From Candidatus Latescibacterota bacterium (GTDB taxonomy: Bacteria; Latescibacterota; UBA2968; SICM01): a stretch of 64,000 nucleotides of DNA. Location of the stretch: positions 2,080,001 through 2,144,000 of the forward strand of contig CBDCJO010000002.1 in the NCBI GenBank assembly GCA_965217865.1, given 5' to 3'. The notes below the pieces were generated by a model that was not told the DNA's origin, made no database searches, and saw only the letters and a program-made list of their open reading frames with translations. Of this stretch, positions 56,893-64,000 are shown piece after piece. The translations under genes and the position numbers were made by a program. The first letter of the stretch is position 1, and each line of letters begins with the position of its first letter.

Positions 56893-58757
56893 ATGGAAGA
56901 GAACGACAGCATTGATGGAACCGCCACGATTTCTCCGGACGAACCGGTCGTCGCCGGTACTCCGGGGAGCTGGACTCTGACTTATACCGTCGGAGAGGAT
57001 GGGATCCAGCCGGGGGGTGCCGTCCGCCTTACGATCCCAAAGGGATTCACGCCTCCTCAGATGGACCATCCTGGGGGCCCCGGGTTCGTGTCCGCCACCT
57101 CCACCGCCCCAAGGTGACCTTTGCCCTGGTCGTCGAATCCGGGATAGAAACCGGACCTGGCAAAAACTCGGGATTCGATGTCCAAATGTTCCTGGACACC
57201 GCCCCGGTCCATCGACGGGAGCAGATTATGATTGTTTACGGAGACCTATCCGGGGGCTCGCTCGGCGCCTTCGCACGCCTGGTCGCTGGAGAAGCGCCAT
57301 TCCGGCTGGCCGTCCAGTCGGGACGCGACGAGGTCGACTTCCGTCCTCTTAAACAGGTTCCGCTTCTCACCGTCACCCCTGCCGAAGCCCGCCGGATTTC
57401 AGTCATCATCCCTTCTCTGGCTGAGGTGGGGAAACCCTTTCCGGTCTATCTCCTGCATCGGGACATCTACGGGAATGTCGTTCACACGTCCGAAAACCAG
57501 ATTGACTTCAAGGCCGAACGTGGCGAGTTGAAATTACCCTCCACTGTGGCCCTGAAGTCCTCTGACGCCCATGAGTTCAATCTCCGGGCGGCCGTGAAGA
57601 CGACCGGTGGCCCGTGCCGAATCCGTGTGGTCGACCACCAGAGAGAAATTGAAGGGGTCAGCAATCCCCTGGTCCCTTCGGACCACACCTCCGAGGTTCT
57701 CCTGTGGGGGGACCTTCACGGACACACGACCAGTTCGGACGGTACCGTCTCTCCGAACGCCTACTTTTCACACGCAAGGGATAAGACACACCTCGATTTC
57801 GCAGCCGTTACAGATCATCTCCAGGACTCGGGAGTACACCCCGGTTGGGAAGAACTCCGGTCCGCGGCATCCTCCTTCGACGAGGCCGGCCGATTTATTC
57901 CGTTGATCGGGTTCGAGGAAAAAACACCGTCGGGGGGTCATCGCAACATCTATTGCCAGGGGCTTGTTCCGGACTTCCCTGAGGATCTGTTGGGCCCGGC
58001 CCCCGACGATGCCGGTCCGAACGGGGAGGTTGTCAGAGGAGACGATACCCTGGTCATCCCGCACCCTCACGGACGCACCACGTGGGCTACCCCAGACCTT
58101 AAGGTTGCGCGTCTGGCCGAGATCTATTCCTGCTGGGGGAATGCCGAACGATGGGGCACCACCGGTTCCAATACCCATCCCACCAGACACTCCGGCGGAA
58201 CGATTCAGGCGGGTCTGGCACACGGCCTGCGTTTTGGCTTTGTCGCGGGCAGCGATACCCATACCGGATTTCCGGGGAGTGCACCCGGTGTAGGGATGCA
58301 ATCACGCTATCCCGGAGGTCTAACGGCTGTCTATGCAGACGCCTTCACGCGCCCGGCGTTCTGGGTCGGATTAAAAAACCGCAGATGTTATGCCACCACT
58401 GGAGCGCGGATCATCCTGGATTTTGAGATTGATGGTTATCCTTTGGGGTCGGAAATCGACATTGGGGGGCCGGACGATCCGCTCATCAAAAGTCGGGCGG
58501 TTGCCGTCAGGGCCTATGGTTCAAGTCGCATCAACTCCATCGATATCATCCGGAACAACTCCGAAATCTGTTCTTACCGCGGTGATAACGAAGTCGTCCG
58601 GTTCCGATGGGTGGATTCCCAGGATCTGACCAGAGTCTCCATTCCCCGGCCCGCATGTAAGCACCCATTGACATTCTACTACGTTCGAGTCCGCCAGGAA
58701 GACGGTGAAATGGCCTGGTCCAGTCCCATCTGGATGGCGCTGACATATCTTACCTGA
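56893..58757 (+). CDS. DUF3604/CehA-McbA-like PHP metallohydrolase, apparently frameshifted near 57110 (ORFs 56893-57117 and 57114-58757)
   Basis: WGDLHGHT..SDG, AVTDH, HRN, IPH, GSDTH, RCYATTGARI and YYVRVRQ...AWSSPIW motifs. One extra C in GCCCCAAGGTG fuses the two ORFs. Confidence 0.7.
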
Positions 58758-58780
58758 TCCCCCCCTTTCCCACACCTCAC

Positions 58781-58854
58781 CAGTTCCAGGTCCCGGGTTC
58801 CGTGGTTCCTCGTTTGGAGTAAACGTCACCCGGTGGGTTCCTTGGAACCTGGAA
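58781..58854. repeat. Opposed 7-nt arrays forming a hairpin between convergent genes
   Basis: cagttcc aggtccc gggttcc ... ggaacct ggaatta; TTCCAGG pairs CCTGGAA. Confidence 0.5.
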
Positions 58855-59427
58855 TTATCTTCTCCGGTGGACATTCTCCTCCGTAACGACCAGATCTACG
58901 GGCACATCCGTTTCCGCCGTCGGGACCGAGTCAAGGATTTGGAATTCGAAGGCCAAACCGACCTTGATCGCACCCACCTTTTCTAGAAAACGATCGTAAT
59001 AACCCCGCCCGAACCCCAATCGGTTTCCCATCCGGTCGAAAGCAACCCCCGGAACGATGACCAGATCTATCGTCTGAAAATCAACGGGCCGGACTTTTCC
59101 CGACGGACGGTATAGTCCCATACCTCCTTTTTGAATCAGCTCAGAAATGTCGGAGATCTCCGAATGCAGAAGGTCCGTCTCCCCTTTATGAACGATGGGT
59201 ACGACAATCCGCTTTTTGCCGCGAAGGGCATCCCCGATCAACACCCACGTATCAACCTCGCCCGGAATCGAGACGTAGCAGTGGATCAACTCCGCATCCC
59301 GATAGTCGGGGAGTGCCGTGAGATTCATCCGGATGGAACGACCCTTAGATGAGGACCCATTCTCCCGTTCCCGTCTTCGCTTAAGGATCTCTTGCCTGAC
59401 CGATGATTTCTCGGTATTTAAATCCAT
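58855..59427 (-). CDS. 5-formyltetrahydrofolate cyclo-ligase
   Basis: EVDT, IVPGVAFD..GNRLGFGRGYYDRFL motifs. Confidence 0.92.
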   Translation of the reverse strand: MDLNTEKSSVRQEILKRRRERENGSSSKGRSIRMNLTALPDYRDAELIHCYVSIPGEVDTWVLIGDALRGKKRIVVPIVHKGETDLLHSEISDISELIQKGGMGLYRPSGKVRPVDFQTIDLVIVPGVAFDRMGNRLGFGRGYYDRFLEKVGAIKVGLAFEFQILDSVPTAETDVPVDLVVTEENVHRRR

Positions 59428-59455
59428 CTGCTCCCCCTGTGCCCAAAACTTGCCC

Positions 59456-59484
59456 TTGACATTCACCTGATCCCCACTTAGATT
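59456..59484 (+). promoter_or_regulatory. Sigma70-type promoter for the uppS operon
   Basis: TTGACA-N17-TAGATT. Confidence 0.55.
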
Positions 59485-59609
59485 TTATCGGCTATACTCA
59501 TATCTTTATTGCCTTTTGAGGACGTTAACCGCGAAGGGTTTGGGGGTTGGGACTTTTCCTCCATCCCAGGCGTTCCGATGAATCAAGATCCCAGAAGAGG
59601 ACCCGGAAC

Positions 59610-60395
59610 TTGGACAAGAACGATGGAGCCATCCAGAATGAATTGATCGCGAGGGGAAACATACCGCGTCATATCGCTATGATCATGGATGGCAACGGAC
59701 GCTGGGCCTACCAGCACGGCAAGCCCAGAATCGAAGGGCATCGGGCCGCCCGGGACGTCGTCCGGGACACCGTTCGGGCCTGTGGTGAACTCGGCATCGA
59801 GGTTTTAACCCTTTATGCCTTCTCCGAAGAAAACTGGCAACGTCCGCCGAGGGAGGTGTTGGGGCTTATGCGCCTTTTGCGGACGTGCCTTATTGAAGAG
59901 GTCCCCGAACTGAATCAGAACAACGTTCGCCTCCAGACCATCGGACAGGCTTTCCGCCTTCCAAGGCCTTGTCAGAAAGCCCTGAACCGTGCAATCAACC
60001 TGACCTCAAAAAATACCGGCCTGATCCTTAACCTCGCTCTCAGTTATGGAGGTCGAGCTGAAATCACGAGCGCTGCGCAGCGAATCGCCACGGAAGTGGA
60101 GAGGGGCCTCCTGCGCAGCGCTGCGGTCGATGAGGAATGCTTCGCAAAATACCTCTATACCCCCGATCTTCCGGACCCAGACCTGGTCATCCGAACAAGC
60201 GGGGAAATGCGTATCAGCAACTTTCTGCTCTGGCAGATCGCTTACGCGGAACTGCACATCACACCTGTCCTCTGGCCCGACTTCCGCCGAAAGCACCTAT
60301 ACGAAGCGATCCGAAACTATCAACAGCGGGAGCGCCGATTCGGAAGGACCAGCACACAGGTCCGCACCCTGCAGCCTGCCGTTCTGGGCAAGTGA
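59610..60395 (+). CDS. uppS: Undecaprenyl diphosphate synthase (isoprenyl transferase)
   Basis: HIAMIMDGNGRWA, FSEENW, SYGGR and IRTSGEMRISNFLLWQ motifs. Confidence 0.95.
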   Translation: MDKNDGAIQNELIARGNIPRHIAMIMDGNGRWAYQHGKPRIEGHRAARDVVRDTVRACGELGIEVLTLYAFSEENWQRPPREVLGLMRLLRTCLIEEVPELNQNNVRLQTIGQAFRLPRPCQKALNRAINLTSKNTGLILNLALSYGGRAEITSAAQRIATEVERGLLRSAAVDEECFAKYLYTPDLPDPDLVIRTSGEMRISNFLLWQIAYAELHITPVLWPDFRRKHLYEAIRNYQQRERRFGRTSTQVRTLQPAVLGK

Positions 60396-61204
60396 TGGGC
60401 TCAAACCTGGTTCGAAGAACGGGTGCAGCCTTTACCTTTGTCCCGATTCTCTCAGCCCTGATCTGGTGGGGGGGCTTTCCGCTACTTACCGTTATCGCCC
60501 TGATCGTAGGCGTCGGCACCTGGGAACTCTTCCGGTTATATGAACACAAGGGTTCCCGTCCGTTTATATGGCCGGGAATCCTGATGAGCGTCAGCATCTG
60601 CACCTGGGTCCACGTGCTGGGTTTGCGCCATTTCGAACATCTCTTGATGCTCTGTACGCTGGGGGTTCTGGGGGTTGCCCTAATCCGACGGACGGAAGGC
60701 GCATCTCTCCAGGACGCTGGGGCCACACTGTTCGGTGTCCTCTATGTGGGCTTCCTGGGAAGTTCCCTTCTCATGGTCCGCAACCTTCCCCTGCCTCACG
60801 CAGCGCCGCTTTCTTTGACCTTGATGGCCAGCATCTGGGTGATGGATGCCTTCGCCTATTTCGCGGGTTGGGGTTTTGGCCGTACACGCCCTTTCCACCG
60901 GGTCAGTCCGAATAAGTCGATCGAAGGGTGCGTCGCTGGCGTTTTCGGTGCCATCGGAACGGTTTGGTTGGGAAATCTCTGGATTCAGTCCCTCCTGTGG
61001 GGGGATATTCTTGTTATCGGGTTCCTGGTAGGCATCGGGGGTCAAGTGGGGGATTTTGCGGAATCGCTCCTGAAACGGGACTCCGGCCTTAAGGACACCT
61101 CTGCCGTTCTCCCGGGCCACGGTGGCGTGTTGGATCGCTTCGATAGCGCCCTGTTTGCCTGTCCGCTCGTCTATACCTTTCTCGTATTTCGTTGCGGATT
61201 ATAA
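60395..61204 (+). CDS. cdsA: Phosphatidate cytidylyltransferase
   Basis: SPNKSIEG and GDFAESLLKR..GLKD...LPGHGGVLDRFDS motifs. ATG overlaps the uppS stop. Confidence 0.93.
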   Translation: MGSNLVRRTGAAFTFVPILSALIWWGGFPLLTVIALIVGVGTWELFRLYEHKGSRPFIWPGILMSVSICTWVHVLGLRHFEHLLMLCTLGVLGVALIRRTEGASLQDAGATLFGVLYVGFLGSSLLMVRNLPLPHAAPLSLTLMASIWVMDAFAYFAGWGFGRTRPFHRVSPNKSIEGCVAGVFGAIGTVWLGNLWIQSLLWGDILVIGFLVGIGGQVGDFAESLLKRDSGLKDTSAVLPGHGGVLDRFDSALFACPLVYTFLVFRCGL

Positions 61205-61241
61205 CCGATTAGCGCCCTAAGGGGTTATACGGAGAGGTCCC

Positions 61242-62420
61242 TTGAAACGCATTGTCATCCTCGGCTCCACAGGGTCCATCGGACGGAGCAGCCTTGATGT
61301 CGTTGAAGGACTCCCGGATCGGTTCAGGATTATCGGGCTGAGCGCGGGGAACAACGTCGATCTGCTTTGCGAGCAAGCCCTCCGCCATCACCCTGATATC
61401 GCCTGCGTCCAGGACGAAGTCCGCGCAGAAGAAGCCCGAAAACGCCTGGGCCCGCTTGGCATTCGGGTCGTGTCGGGGGAGGCGGGCCTCGAGAGGCTTG
61501 CAACCCACCCGGACGCCGACCTTGTCCTGAACGCATTGGTTGGAGCGGCCGGGTTGCGCCCCACCCTCTCGGCAATCCGGTCAGGCAAGGCTGTGGCGAT
61601 CGCCAACAAGGAGCCTCTGGTCGTGGCGGGCGAGTCCCTTGTAAAAGAGGCCCGGGAGGCCGAAGTCCCATTGCTGCCCCTGGACAGCGAACCCAGTGCC
61701 TTTTGGCAGTGTCTGAATGGGGAACGGATTGGACAGGTCCGGCGTCTGATCCTGACAGCCTCAGGAGGTCCTTTCTACGGGTGGGACGAGGAACGCATGT
61801 CCAAAATCTCGCCCGAAGAAGCCTTGAATCACCCGACGTGGGAGATGGGTCGGAAAATCACGATCGACTCAGCAACCATGATGAACAAAGGCCTTGAGGT
61901 GCTCGAGGCAATGTGGTTGTTCGACCTTCCCCCTTCCCGGATCGATGTCGTTATCCATCGACAGTCCATCGTCCATTCCCTCGTGGAATTCATCGATGGA
62001 TCTACCATGGCCCAGATGAGCAATCCCGACATGCGCCTTCCGATCCAGTACGCCCTGACCCATCCGGATCGCCTACCGACGCGCGTGGAACCCCTCGATC
62101 TGGTTAAGCTGGGGAAGCTTACCTTCGATCCTCCGGATCTGGACATGTTCCCCTGTCTGAATCTCTGCTACCAGGCCGCTCGCCTGAAGGGGACCGCCCC
62201 CGCTGTCCTGAACGCGGCGAATGAAGTCGCCGTGAATCAGTTCCTCGATCGAAGGATCGGTTTCCCGGCGATCCCTGAGGTCATTCGGGATGTCCTGTCC
62301 GCACATCACCTGATCCCCCATCCGGACCTTCAAACAATCGTGGAAGCAGACGGATGGGCAAGAAAAGCGGCCGATGAAGTGATTCGGCGGATGGAAAACC
62401 GGACCGCAGTCCTGACTTAA
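61242..62420 (+). CDS. dxr: 1-deoxy-D-xylulose 5-phosphate reductoisomerase
   Basis: LGSTGSIG, ANKE, DSEP, TASGGPF and HPTWEMGRKITIDSATMMNKGLE motifs. Confidence 0.95.
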   Translation: MKRIVILGSTGSIGRSSLDVVEGLPDRFRIIGLSAGNNVDLLCEQALRHHPDIACVQDEVRAEEARKRLGPLGIRVVSGEAGLERLATHPDADLVLNALVGAAGLRPTLSAIRSGKAVAIANKEPLVVAGESLVKEAREAEVPLLPLDSEPSAFWQCLNGERIGQVRRLILTASGGPFYGWDEERMSKISPEEALNHPTWEMGRKITIDSATMMNKGLEVLEAMWLFDLPPSRIDVVIHRQSIVHSLVEFIDGSTMAQMSNPDMRLPIQYALTHPDRLPTRVEPLDLVKLGKLTFDPPDLDMFPCLNLCYQAARLKGTAPAVLNAANEVAVNQFLDRRIGFPAIPEVIRDVLSAHHLIPHPDLQTIVEADGWARKAADEVIRRMENRTAVLT

Positions 62421-62435
62421 CAGCGTTGGATTCCC

Positions 62436-63758
62436 GTGGATTTTTTAATAACATTCATCTCATTTATTTTCGTCCTCGGCGTACTCGTGTTCATACACGA
62501 ATCCGGTCACTTTCTGGTGGCGAAGTGGGCGGGAATCCGTGTGGAGCGGTTCTCGCTGGGCTACCCTCCGAAGATGATCGGTGTGACAATCGGTGAGACG
62601 GAATACTGCCTTTCGTGGCTTCCGCTTGGAGGTTACGTCAAAGTGGCAGGTATGGCCGATGTGGGCGTTGAAGAGATCCGGGGGGAGCCCTGGGAATTTA
62701 TGTCCAAGCCCGTATGGGTGCGGATGTGTGTGATGGCAGCGGGCCCCTTGATGAACTTCCTGTTGGGTTTTTTCATCCTCTTCGCGATCCTGGGAATTTT
62801 TGGAAGAACAACGATCCACACGACGGAGGTGGGTCGGGTGGCTCCGGGTTCGGTATTTGAAGTCGCGGGACTCCAAACCGGAGATCGTCTGTTGCGGATC
62901 GCCGATAAAAACGTGGAGACCTGGGATGAGGTCGATTCCGTTATTGATCGGGCGTGGGGCAGGGTCGTGGGATTTGAGTTCTCCCGGGGAGCCCAAACCG
63001 GGATCCTCGACGTGGCGTTGACCGGCGAACGGGACGTTTCAGATCTCTTATATTACCTGCCCTCCGAGGTCGGTTCCGTCCTCGACGGACACCCGGCAGA
63101 GAACGCCGGTCTCAAGGCGGGAGATCGAATCACCGCTATTGATGGAAATCAAGTTTCACAGTGGTGGGACCTCAGCGATATCATTCATGGTCTCCCTGGT
63201 AAACTGATTCACGTCGATTGGATCCGTTCTGGAAAACGGATGTCGGCTGACATCCGTGCCAATGAATATACGATAGAGGGAAAACCCCAGGGAAGAATCG
63301 GAATCGCCTCTCCCGTACCCCCGACTACGCGCGTGCCCGTTGGAATCTGGGCGGCGGCGATGCAGGGGGCTAGGCAGACCTGGATCCTTTCCGGGCTCAT
63401 ATTCCGATTCGTTGGCCGCCTGGTCTCCGGGAAAGAGTCGGGGCAGTCACTTGCGGGTCCTTTGACCATAGCGCATATGGCTGGAAAAAGCGCCAGGCAG
63501 GGGATCGAAACCCTCATGGGGTTCATGGCCCTTCTCAGCATCAACCTCGCCGTTCTCAACCTCCTCCCCATCCCGGTTCTGGACGGGGGACACCTTGCCG
63601 TGATGGCAATAGAGTCGGCCGTTAGTCTGGTGACCAAACGCTCCTTTACTTTTAGCCTTCGTCAGAAGGAGATTCTTCAACAGTTCGGTCTGGTGATTCT
63701 CGGCTCTACGATGATTTACGTCTTTTACAACGATATCATCAGGCTCATCGGAGGATAA
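62436..63758 (+). CDS. rseP: RIP metalloprotease RseP
   Basis: HESGH, two PDZ domains and NLLPIPVLDGG. Confidence 0.93.
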   Translation: MDFLITFISFIFVLGVLVFIHESGHFLVAKWAGIRVERFSLGYPPKMIGVTIGETEYCLSWLPLGGYVKVAGMADVGVEEIRGEPWEFMSKPVWVRMCVMAAGPLMNFLLGFFILFAILGIFGRTTIHTTEVGRVAPGSVFEVAGLQTGDRLLRIADKNVETWDEVDSVIDRAWGRVVGFEFSRGAQTGILDVALTGERDVSDLLYYLPSEVGSVLDGHPAENAGLKAGDRITAIDGNQVSQWWDLSDIIHGLPGKLIHVDWIRSGKRMSADIRANEYTIEGKPQGRIGIASPVPPTTRVPVGIWAAAMQGARQTWILSGLIFRFVGRLVSGKESGQSLAGPLTIAHMAGKSARQGIETLMGFMALLSINLAVLNLLPIPVLDGGHLAVMAIESAVSLVTKRSFTFSLRQKEILQQFGLVILGSTMIYVFYNDIIRLIGG

Positions 63759-63869
63759 ACCCGGATTTTCCGAATATCAATAGTCAGATCTCGAAGCATA
63801 TCTGGATGCTTGCTCCAGAGCGAAGACCTTCCTTTGCTGTACTCTCCCGTCTCTGACCCCCGCTTAAAT

Positions 63870-63897
63870 TTTCCGTTTGTCGTCTCACGTTTCACGG
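63870..63897. repeat. 7-nt tandem repeat, near-copy of 27901
   Basis: tttccgt ttgtcgt ctcacgt ttcacgg; the first 25 nt differ from 27901-27925 at 3 positions. Confidence 0.55.
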
Positions 63898-64000
63898 GGT
63901 TTACACGACTTTGAGCACGTTTTCCGGCGGTCTCCCGATTGCTACACGATCCCCGTGTACCACGATCGGACGCTCTATCAGGATCGGATTCTTAACCATC

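Noticed and set aside
59430-59610. 6S RNA expected upstream of the 5-formyltetrahydrofolate cyclo-ligase gene
   Set aside because: The gap is short, holds the divergent uppS promoter, and shows no long rod-like pairing.

Overview
This is a gene-dense bacterial chromosomal window, probably from a metagenome-assembled uncultured lineage. An FCB-group or Latescibacterota/Poribacteria-like origin is only my inference from the alpha2-type GlyRS, the TIM-barrel epimerases and the ThuA and DUF3604 proteins. Bases 1-17 kb hold accessory catabolic and envelope genes, including an apparent chimeric junction near 3405, an attEFH-like ABC/lipocalin module, a PAC2-family gene and an Smr-sirtuin pair. Bases 17.7-29.1 kb hold a complete but rearranged N-methylglutamate (methylamine) pathway, gmaS-mgsABC-mgdABCD, interrupted by an aspartate kinase and preceded by a promoter with three palindromes. 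Bases 29.4-44.4 kb are a long + strand run: uncharacterised ATP-grasp-like ligase, Fe-S-type LarE, def, PHP, MoaD ending GGS, MoaE, GarR, glnS, pntAAB and thiD. Bases 44.4-64 kb are mostly housekeeping: thiE, glyQS, trxA, holA, tRNA-Leu(TAG)-tig-clpP-clpX-engB-nadE and uppS-cdsA-dxr-rseP. Notable non-coding signals are a sigma54 promoter with a long RNA hairpin and two microproteins near 50.4 kb, a dispersed family of degenerate 7-nt tandem repeats at gene boundaries, and a REP-like element. Several single-base frameshifts and one in-frame TAA suggest sequencing indels or recent gene decay. I found no CRISPR array, rRNA, prophage or transposase. All product calls come from reading motifs by eye; no database searches were run.
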